Assembly (NCBI GenBank): GCA_963977015.1
Contig: CAXBMO010000006.1
Span: 96,001-160,000 of the forward strand
From: an uncultured bacterium
GTDB taxonomy: Bacteria; Verrucomicrobiota; Verrucomicrobiia; Verrucomicrobiales; DEV007
Direction of reading: 5' to 3'
DNA length: 64,000 nt
Under the pieces are notes generated by a model. It was not told the origin of the DNA and searched no databases. It saw only the letters and a program-made list of their open reading frames with translations. A program made the position numbers and the translations under genes. Shown piece after piece: positions 29,319 to 38,882 of this stretch; position 1 is the stretch's first letter, and every line of letters starts with the position of its first letter.

Positions 29319-29400
29319 TTGTTTGCGAGAATCTGTCATGCTCACACTTTGTTCGTTGTAATTTAGAAGAAGTTTGGAATTTTTCGTCCTGACATGCCTT
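29319..29400. repeat. 82-bp direct repeat, copy 2
   Basis: Matches 28258-28339 with two substitutions. Confidence 0.92.
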
Positions 29401-29717
29401 ACAATATCCACCTGGCCGAAAACGAAACTGAAGCGCTCGAAGCCGATGCGCATCTCAGCATCGACTACCAGGATCACAAGTGCATTTTTGATCCCACAGC
29501 GGTCGAACTCTACGACCTCACGCTTTTTTACAACCTTTCCGACTTCTACCAAAACGCGGTTTTCCTCGACGACAACGTCGTCAGCCTGCGCGGTGAAGTC
29601 GAAGAAGCACGCCGCCGAATCGAAAATCCGCGTGCCACCCACATTCTCAGCGAAATGAGCATGCTCTGCGAGCGCGCTCGCAAGTCGAGGCTCAACATCT
29701 TCGCGTTCGGCGAGTGA
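29394..29717 (+). CDS. Hypothetical protein (107 aa)
   Basis: Host-like codon use; GTGA/ATG coupling to next gene. Confidence 0.7.
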   Translation: MPYNIHLAENETEALEADAHLSIDYQDHKCIFDPTAVELYDLTLFYNLSDFYQNAVFLDDNVVSLRGEVEEARRRIENPRATHILSEMSMLCERARKSRLNIFAFGE

Positions 29718-30319
29718 TGGAAGAACTGGAGCGCAGGTGGTTGGAGCTGGCGCGCGCTCAGAGCCAGTCGAACCCCGGGCAAACCTGGGAATTGCTCCGT
29801 TCCCACTATTCCGAGCCGCATCGCCGCTATCACAACCTTGCCCACATCGAGGCCTGTCTTCAATGGCTCGACCGCGTCCGTGATCACGCCAAGGATTCCC
29901 CATCGATGGAATTCGCGATTTGGTTTCACGACGTCATTTACGACACTCACAGCTCGACCAACGAGCAGGACAGCGCCGATCTCGCGCAACGCACCCTGAT
30001 TCCTCCGGCAAACGTCGATCGCGTTCGCAACTTGATTCTCGCGACCGGGCATCAGGCCGACGCCGAAGGAGACGCGGCGCTTCTTTGCGACATCGATCTC
30101 GCAACGCTCGGTGCCGAACCCGCCGGTTACCTCGCTTACCAGGGCCAGATTCGCGAAGAATACGGCTGGGTGCCCGATGCCGCGTATCGTGAAGGCCGAG
30201 CCAAGGTGCTAAACCAGTTTCTGAGCCGACCCGCCATCTACGTCACGGACGCGTTTCGTCACCTTGAAGCGCCCGCGCGCCGCAATCTCGAGGCAGAAAT
30301 TCAACATTTGTCTGAATAA
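29714..30319 (+). CDS. Predicted HD-superfamily phosphohydrolase (COG4339-like)
   Basis: YSEPHRRYHNLAHI, AIWFHDVIYD, NE..SA, DIDLATLG, IREEY, GRAKVL. Confidence 0.88.
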   Translation: MMEELERRWLELARAQSQSNPGQTWELLRSHYSEPHRRYHNLAHIEACLQWLDRVRDHAKDSPSMEFAIWFHDVIYDTHSSTNEQDSADLAQRTLIPPANVDRVRNLILATGHQADAEGDAALLCDIDLATLGAEPAGYLAYQGQIREEYGWVPDAAYREGRAKVLNQFLSRPAIYVTDAFRHLEAPARRNLEAEIQHLSE

Positions 30320-30413
30320 CCCCATCGGGGATCGAGTCCGTCTAACAGGTGCACCCCGGGCGGGGAACGTTTGCAACTGTCCCAGGAAAACTGTGCCTAC
30401 GATTGACACCATC

Positions 30414-32306
30414 ATGAGCGACCAGACCCAGACCAGCATTGCGGAGAAGCCGCACCAAGCCACGGCCCCCGCCAAGGGCAAAGGTTCCAACAACTTCCAA
30501 GTCGACCTTGGCGGCCTCATCGAGATTCTCTCCGATCACCTTTACACCGAGAAATCCGTCTTCGTCCGCGAACTCCTGCAAAACGCGGTCGATGCCATCA
30601 CCGGCGCGGAACTGGAAGGAATCTTGAAGAACGGCGGTGGCGAAATCTCGCTCGAAGTCCAGCCCGCCAAAGACACCCACGGCGCCAAACAAGTCATCAC
30701 GATCGAAGACAACGGCATTGGGTTGACCGAGGAAGAGATTCACACCTTTCTCGTTACCATCGGCCGCTCGATCAAGCGCGAGGACCTGATCAAGCAACGT
30801 CAGGGCGACTTCATCGGCCGTTTTGGCATCGGGCTTCTCAGCTGCTTCATGGTCGCGGATCGTGTGGTCCTCGTCACGCGTTCGGCCCGCACCCCGGACG
30901 CTCCGACGATCCGCTGGACCGGGCATACCGACGGCACCTACGAACTTGAAGTGCTCGATCAGGATCTCTCTCCCGGCACTCGCGTTTACCTCACGGCGGA
31001 TTCCGACAAGGACGGCGCGTTCGATGCCTGTCGCGTTCGCGAATTGATCCAGAAATACGGCCAGTTCCTCCCGGTTGCCATCACCGTTCGTGGCCCGGAT
31101 GTGCCAGACGAAGACGAGAGCCTGACGAACTGTTTTCCCTGGGAGGACGGCTTCGGAACCGAAGACGTGAAAGAAGCGGATTGGATCGCCTTTGCCGAGA
31201 AAACGACGGGCGAAAGCGTCATGGGCGTCTTTCCTGTCGAGTCCGAGGAAGCCGGGCTCATTGGCATGGGCGTCGTGATCAAAAAAGTCAGCGGCCCGGT
31301 CCCGAACGATGGCAATCATCTCTACCTCAAACGCATGCTGCTCAGCGACGAAGCCGTCTTTCTGCTTCCCGATAAGATGCCCTTTCTCCGGGTGCTCGCC
31401 AACGCCACCCTGCTCAAACCCAATGCGGCCCGCGATGCGGTTCACGACGACGAGAACCTCCTCGAAGAAGTCCGCGTCGACGTTCGCGAAGCGTTCCGCG
31501 ATTACGTCCGCCGTCTCGACGAGCGCAATCCGGGCCGGCTCAAAAAGATGATGGCCGCCCACTCGCGCGCGCTGCTCGATGCCGCGCTCGAGGATGAACC
31601 TCTGCTGACGACGCTGGTTCCCCACATTCCTGTCGAAACCACGCTCGGCGAGATGACGCTCGGAGCGGTGCGCGAACAATTCGACGACTACCGCTTCATC
31701 ACGGACTACGAGGACTACAAACGCGCCATTCCTCTCGCCCGGGCCCACAGCGTCTGTGTCGTCAATGCCGGCTTCTTCCAGATCGATCACGTTTGCCGCA
31801 AGCTCAGCCGCATCTTCCCGGAAGAGCCGGTCGTCGAAACCAGCAGCAAGGAACTCCGCGAGCAATACAGCAAACCCGTCGATGACGGTCCGGACGCCCG
31901 TCGCCTCCTCAAGCGCGCCGCCGCCGCCTTGGCCGACGAGGATTGCGAAGTCAAGCTCGTCTGCGACGGCAAAAAGAACGCTCCCTGCGTGCTCGAACTG
32001 CGCGAAAACGCCGCGATTCGCCGGTCTCAAGGCAGCGAGAACGATCTCGGCAGTCTCGACTTTCTCGACGACTTCGGTTCTTCGTTTGGCGACTCTGACA
32101 AAGCCGTTTTTCAGATGAACGCCGATACCCGCGTCATCCAGCAACTCCTCGCCGCGACCGATGGGCCGCGCACGCGTCGCGGAATCCGCGTCCTCTATCA
32201 CCTCGCCCTGCTCGCCGCTCGGCAAACGCCCAATCAACGCGAAAGCGCCGCGTTCGAAGACGCCTTCACCGCGCTTTTCGAAATGGGGGAGGGAGGTGCC
32301 GAATGA
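30414..32306 (+). CDS. Atypical HSP90-family (HtpG-like) GHKL ATPase
   Basis: FQVDLGGLIEILSDHLY, FVRELLQNAVDA, IEDNGIGL, IGRFGIGLLSCF, GTRV; divergent middle and C-terminal domains. Confidence 0.88.
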   Translation: MSDQTQTSIAEKPHQATAPAKGKGSNNFQVDLGGLIEILSDHLYTEKSVFVRELLQNAVDAITGAELEGILKNGGGEISLEVQPAKDTHGAKQVITIEDNGIGLTEEEIHTFLVTIGRSIKREDLIKQRQGDFIGRFGIGLLSCFMVADRVVLVTRSARTPDAPTIRWTGHTDGTYELEVLDQDLSPGTRVYLTADSDKDGAFDACRVRELIQKYGQFLPVAITVRGPDVPDEDESLTNCFPWEDGFGTEDVKEADWIAFAEKTTGESVMGVFPVESEEAGLIGMGVVIKKVSGPVPNDGNHLYLKRMLLSDEAVFLLPDKMPFLRVLANATLLKPNAARDAVHDDENLLEEVRVDVREAFRDYVRRLDERNPGRLKKMMAAHSRALLDAALEDEPLLTTLVPHIPVETTLGEMTLGAVREQFDDYRFITDYEDYKRAIPLARAHSVCVVNAGFFQIDHVCRKLSRIFPEEPVVETSSKELREQYSKPVDDGPDARRLLKRAAAALADEDCEVKLVCDGKKNAPCVLELRENAAIRRSQGSENDLGSLDFLDDFGSSFGDSDKAVFQMNADTRVIQQLLAATDGPRTRRGIRVLYHLALLAARQTPNQRESAAFEDAFTALFEMGEGGAE

Positions 32307-33430
32307 GCGAGGATCGATGGGAAACCAGTGCCAGGATCAGCGAGCTGATCGATGATGCCTTTAACGAGAGCAATCATCACCAGCGGGCGCGCCTCTACCG
32401 CCAGGCCCTCGCGCTCGCCTATCAACACGGCGATGAGGAGCTCACCCAACGCGCCGCCTTCATGTTCGCGCTCATGAACTCCAGTCTGGGCTATGCCGAG
32501 GAAGCGATGCGCGCCTACCTCCCGCACGTCAAAGAGCACCAAATCGTGAATCAGATGTTCGGCGCGGATCGTTACGAAGTCTGGCCCTACATCAAAGTCG
32601 TCGAGCATCTCCCCGAATTCCCCGGCATCAACGCGGAACGAATCGAGCGCTATGTCGCCAATCTCTCCGAGCGGGTGCAGGAGCGCTTCAGTTGGCGGCT
32701 CGCGGAGTGGAATACCCGTCTCCAGATCGCCAACACCATGGGCGATGCCGTTTCCGCGCGTCGTTGGCTCGACCTGCGCGAACGCGAAGACCGCGAACTC
32801 GCCCGCAAGGCCAAACCGTTCGAAGACAACCAGGAACTCGCCATGGAAACCGGCTCTCCCATTTGCGGGGCACGCAGCCGCCAAATGGCGATCGAAACTC
32901 TCCTCCTCGAAGGCGAGTATGAAGCGGCGTTTGAGAAGCTCGAGCGTCTTCGCACCATGGCCGGAAGCTGCATGAACATCTGCCGCTCCGCTCCCCATCG
33001 CATCTTCGGCCTCATCCTCCGCCCGCTCCGCGAAAACGGGAAGCTCGATCTCGCCGAAGAAATCCACCAACGCGGCGTCGCCATCGTGCAAGGCAACGGC
33101 GGCCAACTCCGCGCCGTCGGCGAGCACATCCAACACCTCGCGGTCACCGATCGCCCGGAAGCCGCCGCCAAACTCTTCCACGATCACCTCGCCATCAGCT
33201 TCACCTCCGCCACGCCCTATCACCAGTTCCACTTCCTCGCCCACGCCCTCCCGCTCGGCGAAACCGCCTTCAACCAGGTCGCCCTCGAAGCGCTCCCCCG
33301 CGAAATTCGTCGCCCCTTCACCGCTCCCGCCGCCCTCCAATCCTGGGCCGAAGAGCGCGTCCAGCTTCTCGCGCGTCAGTTTGATGCCCGGAATGGGAAT
33401 GCGATGTTTGCGGACGTGCTGAATCGGTAA
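32303..33430 (+). CDS. TPR-like helical protein coupled to the HSP90-family gene
   Basis: ATGA overlap; all-helical pattern; Cys motifs PICGA and SCMNIC; LARQFDARNGN C-terminus. Confidence 0.75.
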   Translation: MSEDRWETSARISELIDDAFNESNHHQRARLYRQALALAYQHGDEELTQRAAFMFALMNSSLGYAEEAMRAYLPHVKEHQIVNQMFGADRYEVWPYIKVVEHLPEFPGINAERIERYVANLSERVQERFSWRLAEWNTRLQIANTMGDAVSARRWLDLREREDRELARKAKPFEDNQELAMETGSPICGARSRQMAIETLLLEGEYEAAFEKLERLRTMAGSCMNICRSAPHRIFGLILRPLRENGKLDLAEEIHQRGVAIVQGNGGQLRAVGEHIQHLAVTDRPEAAAKLFHDHLAISFTSATPYHQFHFLAHALPLGETAFNQVALEALPREIRRPFTAPAALQSWAEERVQLLARQFDARNGNAMFADVLNR

Positions 33431-33493
33431 ATCTACAGAAGGGCTTGTGACCCCTCTGGGGGCGTTGCTTTCTCGCGGGCTCTTGACAAAGGT

Positions 33494-33527
33494 TCCGTGG
33501 GCGACAGGATTGTCGCCTCTCCTTGTT
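33494..33527 (+). repeat. REP element (left)
   Basis: TCCGTGGGCGACAGGATTGTCGCCTCTCCTTGTT: GTGG foot + GGCGACA/TGTCGCC palindrome. Confidence 0.88.
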
Positions 33528-33535
33528 GATGAATC

Positions 33536-34192
33536 ATGGATTCGTTTGATGACATGCTGCAGTTTCTTGATGGTCAGGCGGACATCCGGAAGCACGGGGT
33601 CAAACTTCCCCATTGGCAACAGCCCGGCGCTTGCACGTTCGTGACGTTTCGACTGGCCGATTCCATCCCGCGCGAGAAGTTGGAAATCTGGAAGGAGGAA
33701 CGCGAGGAATGGTTGGAGCGTCATCCCAAACCCTGGAACGCGGATACGGAGCAAACCTATCATCGCCAGTTTTCCGGGCAGGTTGAGCGATGGCTCGATG
33801 AATCGCATGGCGACTGTGTCCTGCGGGAGCCGCCGGTTGCCGCGGATCTGGCGGAGGTGCTGGGCTTTCATGAGCCGGATCGCTACCTGCATCACAGCTG
33901 GGTGATCATGCCGAACCACGTGCATCTTCTGTTCACTTTGCATCCCGAAGAATCGCTCGAAGATCGCCTCAAAAATTGGAAAGGCATTTCCGCTCGGCGC
34001 ATCAATCAGCGCTTCGGACGAAACGGGAAGCTTTGGCAACGCGATTACTTCGATCGGTTGATCCGCGACGGGAAGCATTTTCGGAACGTAGCGCGCTACA
34101 TTCGGCGCAATCCCGAGAAAGCGCGACTCGGAGAGGGAAGCTATCGGCTCTACGAGAGTGAGTTGGTGAAGGCCATGCTCGACGACGAGTAA
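33536..34192 (+). mobile_element. REP-associated tyrosine transposase (RAYT, Y1/HUH)
   Basis: LPHW..FVTFRL, VIMPNHVHLL (HUH), LWQRDYFDRLIRD, YIRRNP; flanked by inverted REPs. Confidence 0.92.
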
Positions 34193-34224
34193 CAAGGAGA
34201 GGCGACAATCCTGTCGCCCACGGA
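34191..34224 (-). repeat. REP element (right, inverted)
   Basis: AACAAGGAGAGGCGACAATCCTGTCGCCCACGGA, exact reverse complement of 33494-33527. Confidence 0.88.
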
Positions 34225-34410
34225 GAATGCGCGCAACGGTCGTGCAAACGAGCCAGGAAATTCGGCAAAAGCTTCGAAGTCGAAAGGGTTGTCCTAATTG
34301 AAAGAATGTGAAATTTTTTCTTCCGGTACGAGCGACTCCGTCTGACGACAAAAAATCCTCCAGCGATGCTCGATGGCACCACTGAAGGAAGTTTCGGTTT
34401 GGGGTTTCGA

Positions 34411-34707
34411 TTATGGGCGGGTCAACTTGCGCTTGTGATAAGGCGTCGCCTTGGGAGTGGCTTTGGTTGACAGGGTGAGGCCGATGGTTTGAGGCCGGGG
34501 CTGCGCTTTACTGATCGCTGCTGTGCCTTTGGACCGTTTCGAGGTGGCGGCGGAGTTGGCGGCCACCTTCACCTTGGGATGAGCCACTGCGGGAGTGGTT
34601 TTGGAGGGCGGCATGGCACTTGCGTCGATGCTGAAGAGGGCGCAAAGGCCGGCTGCAGCGATGAGGGTGAAGATGCCGTTGTTCATTTTGAATGTGGATG
34701 TTTTCAT
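34411..34707 (-). CDS. Small exported basic low-complexity protein
   Basis: Signal peptide ...GLCALFSIDASA then K/T/P/A-rich tail; A/C-rich leader. Confidence 0.55.
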   Translation of the reverse strand: MKTSTFKMNNGIFTLIAAAGLCALFSIDASAMPPSKTTPAVAHPKVKVAANSAATSKRSKGTAAISKAQPRPQTIGLTLSTKATPKATPYHKRKLTRP

Positions 34708-34806
34708 TGTCTTATTTGTTGTTGTTTTGGTTTATGGTTAGATAGGGAGTTAGGTTTTCCGGGCTGTTGTGTCCCGGGGTTGGGTGTTGGTGAGAGGTGG
34801 TGCCTC

Positions 34807-35295
34807 TCAGGAGAGCGTTCTCAGAGCGAGGACGAAGACGATCGAGGCAGCGAGGGTGCTGATCGTGCGGACGTGGTTCCAGGGGAGCCAGCGTCGCACA
34901 TACTCCTGCCATTCCTGGGTGAGTGCGGGAGCTTCCGGATCTGTCTGGGCCGCCAGCCGATTGTTGAGCGGCACATTGCAGCTCATGGTGATGACAATGC
35001 AGCCGACGAGGTAGAGAACTCCGCCGGAGAATGCCAGCGCAACGGCCGGTGTGCCCCAGTCGCGGATCGCGAGGATCACGGTTGCCAGGCTGGTCAGCGC
35101 CGTTCCGAAAAACAGGAGTATGAACCAGGGATTGATGATGGTCACGTTGATGTGTTGCATCGCCGCAGCGCCATGGATGGGGGGAAGTTTAAGCAGTGCC
35201 TTCATCACAACGTTGGAGAAGGTGAAGAACAGGCCGCTCATCAAGCCGGAGCCGATCGCGCTGGCCAATGTCGTCGCAATGAGGAGGTCCTTCAT
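34807..35295 (-). CDS. DUF1772 / anthrone oxygenase family membrane protein
   Basis: GLFFTFSNVVMKAL, AMQHIN, NVPLNNRL, W..Y...W..WNHVRT. Confidence 0.88.
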   Translation of the reverse strand: MKDLLIATTLASAIGSGLMSGLFFTFSNVVMKALLKLPPIHGAAAMQHINVTIINPWFILLFFGTALTSLATVILAIRDWGTPAVALAFSGGVLYLVGCIVITMSCNVPLNNRLAAQTDPEAPALTQEWQEYVRRWLPWNHVRTISTLAASIVFVLALRTLS

Positions 35296-36182
35296 GACAG
35301 AGCTGGAGCGAGGGATGCGGTTGCCGCGGGTTCGCGATTCCAGAGTCCGGCCCGAACCACCTTCTGGCAGTAGGAGGCGAACGACTCGGGTTCTCGGCCG
35401 AGGGCGCGTTGCACTCCGTCGCCAAGGTAGGCGTTCCGGCCATCCAGGACCGAGGTGAAGAGATAGTCGAGGAGGCTGACCAGATCCGGCGGCAGTTGTT
35501 GGGCGAGCAACCCGTTCACAAAGTCTTCCCGCGTGATGGGTTGAAAGTGCAACGGACGGCCCGTCGCCTTCGCAATCTCCGCAACCACCTCGGGGAAGGT
35601 GAGCAGCTCCGGCCCGGTCAGCTCATAAAGCTCACCAATGTGCCGGTCATCGATCAAGGCCGCGACTGCGACGTCGGCGATGTCGTCCGTATCGACAAAG
35701 GGCTCGGCCACCGTCGTTACCGGCAACGCCACGACGCCGTCGAGCACCATGTCGCGCAGGAAGTTTTCGCTGAAGTTCTGGTTGAACCAGCTGCAGCGGA
35801 CGATGGTCGACGCGATCCCGGAATTGCGGACAATCTCTTCGCAACGTTGCGCTTCTTCCTCGCCGCGGCCGGAAAGCAGCACCAGTTTCCGGACGTCCAG
35901 GGTTCGGCAGAGGTCGACCAGCTTCTGGATCTTCTCCGGCGCGCCGGGAGCCGCCAGATCCGGCGTGTAAGAGATGTAGACCGAAGTGATGCCCTGCAGA
36001 GCCGGTCCCCAAGTCGTGGCGTCTTCCCAGATAAAGGGAGGAGTTCCGGAGCGGGAGCCGATGCGAACATTGCGGCCGAGGGCATGAAGTCGTGAGACGA
36101 TGCGCCGACCGGTTTTTCCGGTGCCGCCAAGCACCAGAATCGTTTCGTTTTGAGAGGGATTGGAGTGGGTGTGTTCATTCAT
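35292..36182 (-). CDS. NmrA-like NAD(P)H-binding protein
   Basis: LVLGGTGKTGRRI, LLSGRGE, WFNQNFSE, FVDTDDIADVA; start ATG 36182. Confidence 0.88.
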   Translation of the reverse strand: MNEHTHSNPSQNETILVLGGTGKTGRRIVSRLHALGRNVRIGSRSGTPPFIWEDATTWGPALQGITSVYISYTPDLAAPGAPEKIQKLVDLCRTLDVRKLVLLSGRGEEEAQRCEEIVRNSGIASTIVRCSWFNQNFSENFLRDMVLDGVVALPVTTVAEPFVDTDDIADVAVAALIDDRHIGELYELTGPELLTFPEVVAEIAKATGRPLHFQPITREDFVNGLLAQQLPPDLVSLLDYLFTSVLDGRNAYLGDGVQRALGREPESFASYCQKVVRAGLWNREPAATASLAPALS

Positions 36183-36296
36183 GATGGAGAACCATAGTGA
36201 ACAAATTCTGGATAAACAATGCCACTTGGTCTGTCTGTTTTGCTCTTTCGTCCAAAATGGCTGGACTTTGTGGGCGTCATCGATAAAATCGCAGGC

Positions 36297-37280
36297 ATGA
36301 GCAAGGAACCCGCCATCTTCATATCCAAGGATGACGCCATGGAATGCGCCTGGAAGCCCGCCGATCCCCTGGGGGAGGCGCTCCACTCCCTGCGCATGAG
36401 CGGCACCTTCTATAGTCGCTCGGAGCTTACCGCACCCTGGGGAATGGATTTGCCGCCGATGGACGGGACCCTCATGTTTCACACCGTCACTGCCGGAAGC
36501 TGTTGGGTCGATGTTCCCGGCACGCAAAGCCGCCTGCTGCGGGCGGGAGACTTCGCCCTGATTCCCCACGGCGACGGCCACATCATCAAAAGCGACTCGC
36601 AGGCCGAGGCGATCCCGCTCTTCGATGTCCCCCGCACCGTCTGGGGCGATCGCTACGAACACATTCGCTTTGGCGGAGGCGGCGCGGAGACCGGGCTCGT
36701 TTGCGGAGCGGTCCACTTCGAGCATCCCACCGCCGTTCGCCTCATCCAGATGCTCCCCAAGATCATCACGATCGACGCCTCCACTCCCGGCAGCGACTGG
36801 ATTCTCACCACCGTCCGCCTCATGATTTCCGAAGCGCAGGAGATGCGTCCGGGAGGCGACACCGTCATCCAGCGCGTTTCCGACATTCTCGTGATCCAGG
36901 CGATTCGTTCCTGGCTCGATCACGATCCCAAAGCGAAAACCGGCTGGTTGGGCGCTCTTCAGGACGAGAAAATCGGTCACGCCATCATGCTCGTGCACCG
37001 CGATCCCATCGAGCCCTGGACCGTCGCGACTCTCGCTGAACGCGTCGGCATGTCGCGCTCCTCCTTCGCCGCCAAATTCATGGAACTGGTGGGGGAAGGC
37101 CCCATGCAATACGTCCGGCAATGGCGCATGCAGGTCGCCGTCACCTGGCTCAAGGAAACCGACGCCTCAGTTGGCGAAATGGCCGAACGGCTCGGCTACC
37201 AATCCGAAGCCGCCTTCAACCGCGCCTTCAAGAACTTCGTCGGGGAAACCCCGGGAGCGGTGCGTCGCAGAGCTGCGTAA
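36297..37280 (+). CDS. AraC family regulator with cupin domain
   Basis: APWG, GDFALIPHG; WTVATLA..VGMSRSSFA, GYQSEAAFNRAFK. Confidence 0.93.
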   Translation: MSKEPAIFISKDDAMECAWKPADPLGEALHSLRMSGTFYSRSELTAPWGMDLPPMDGTLMFHTVTAGSCWVDVPGTQSRLLRAGDFALIPHGDGHIIKSDSQAEAIPLFDVPRTVWGDRYEHIRFGGGGAETGLVCGAVHFEHPTAVRLIQMLPKIITIDASTPGSDWILTTVRLMISEAQEMRPGGDTVIQRVSDILVIQAIRSWLDHDPKAKTGWLGALQDEKIGHAIMLVHRDPIEPWTVATLAERVGMSRSSFAAKFMELVGEGPMQYVRQWRMQVAVTWLKETDASVGEMAERLGYQSEAAFNRAFKNFVGETPGAVRRRAA

Positions 37281-37450
37281 TCGGGAGGCGCAGGAGAGGT
37301 GTTGGTGCGGTTACGGGAAAAGAAAGTCGGGTCGTAATTATTGACTTGCCGCGATGTATTCACATTGTAATCTCAGGAAGCCTAGCATGAAACACGACTC
37401 CAACTGAGGGTGGGGACGTGGTTTGTAACACAACATTTGGAGGAAATTTG

Positions 37451-38761
37451 ATGAACCAAGACCATGAACTGGCTGGCGAGGGCGAGGTGGCGACAGCGGT
37501 CGCGCCAAAGCCCCGATCGGCAAATCCGTATGCGACGCTCAATGCCGAGTCGTTGCGATTGGCAAGAGTGGGGCGTTTTGACGAAGCGCGAGGGTTGGCG
37601 AAAGAAGCGCTGCGACAAGCGGCCAATGGTTCCACGACGACGTTGAGCGACTTCATTGGCTGCCAGATGGCGATGGCGGATGTGTTGCGGTGTCGCGGAG
37701 AACTGGCCGAGGCGATCGATCTGCTCATCATGGCCGTGGACGCGGCCTACACGGCGGATCAGGCGCTGTTTGCAAAGGGGACCGTGGCGTTGGCGCATTG
37801 CATTCACCTGGCCGGGCAGTCGGAAGAGCGACCTTCGTTTGATGGATTCGAGCGGTTTGACCGCAACCTGGTGGCCTCGATGATTGATGAAGCGTTGTTG
37901 GCGCTGGAGGATGGGTTGCCGTCGGATCATCATCGCGTATTGGGCGATTTGGCGGAGTTGGTTCCGCGGAGTTTGGGGTATTCCGACAGTTTATCGCTCC
38001 AGATTTTGACCGGGTTTGCCAGTTTTCTCCAAGGTCAGGAGGAATACGCCCAAATGCGGGTGGATTTGGTCCAGTTGATCGTGGATTCGCGGCGCAAGCG
38101 TGGGGAAGACATGGAGATGTTCGAGGCGATGGAAGCCCTGGCATTGGCGCAGACCGAGGCCGGCCGGACTGAGGATGCGGAAGCGACTTATCAAGAGTTG
38201 ATTGCGGCGTCGAATGGGTTTGGCGCGAAGTCAATGGAGTCTGAGGCGTTGCGCAATTACGGGATGTTTTTGCGCACGATGCGACGTCCGACTGATGAGT
38301 CGATCGAGGTGTTGCTGCAGGCGGTTCAGGCGGGGATCGATTCGCGCGACAAGGAGGTCGAGGGGCGCGCTCGCAGCGTGTATGGCGTGTTTTTGACGCA
38401 TTTGGACGAGGTGACGCGGGCGAAGCTGCAGTTGACGCGGGCGGTGGAGTTGCTGCCGGCCGAGCATCGCGATGCGATTTTGGCCGAGGATCACCTTCAG
38501 GCATTGGAGCTTGGGCGTCCCTGTTCGTGCATGGATTCGCGCGAGGAACTGGTCACCGGAGTGCAGACCTACATTTTGGAACGCGTTCCGGAAGGCGTCA
38601 TCAGCGCGCTCGACGTGCAGATTGATCAGGCTGGAAGGGTCGATTTCGGCCTCGAAGTGACGCGTTCGCTTTCTGAAGAGGAGGTTGCCCAACTGGAGAG
38701 AGTGACCGACGAAGCGCTCGCCGAATTCAGCCTGCAAACCCAGCCGGGTTTGGAGGTTTGA
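37451..38761 (+). CDS. Tetratricopeptide-repeat-like protein
   Basis: Repeated helical hairpins (GRFDEA, GELAEA, GRTEDA); CSC motif before a small C-terminal domain; AGGA(GG) SD. Confidence 0.72.
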   Translation: MNQDHELAGEGEVATAVAPKPRSANPYATLNAESLRLARVGRFDEARGLAKEALRQAANGSTTTLSDFIGCQMAMADVLRCRGELAEAIDLLIMAVDAAYTADQALFAKGTVALAHCIHLAGQSEERPSFDGFERFDRNLVASMIDEALLALEDGLPSDHHRVLGDLAELVPRSLGYSDSLSLQILTGFASFLQGQEEYAQMRVDLVQLIVDSRRKRGEDMEMFEAMEALALAQTEAGRTEDAEATYQELIAASNGFGAKSMESEALRNYGMFLRTMRRPTDESIEVLLQAVQAGIDSRDKEVEGRARSVYGVFLTHLDEVTRAKLQLTRAVELLPAEHRDAILAEDHLQALELGRPCSCMDSREELVTGVQTYILERVPEGVISALDVQIDQAGRVDFGLEVTRSLSEEEVAQLERVTDEALAEFSLQTQPGLEV

Positions 38762-38882
38762 ACGCAAAAGTCCGTTGCTGAACGTCGCCATTTCCCCGTT
38801 TGAGTGGGGGATCCCTCCAAAACCAACGCTTGAAACCTGTGTCGGGGCGGGCTAGGGAGCATTCGCTAGGTTTTTCCGCGCT

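Noticed and set aside
30342-34351. Long - strand ORFs (631 aa and 705 aa)
   Set aside because: Shadows of the HSP90-like, partner and RAYT genes.
35292-37121. 609-aa ORF as one fusion protein
   Set aside because: The N-terminal half is antisense to the AraC gene; the NmrA-like domain begins at ATG 36182.
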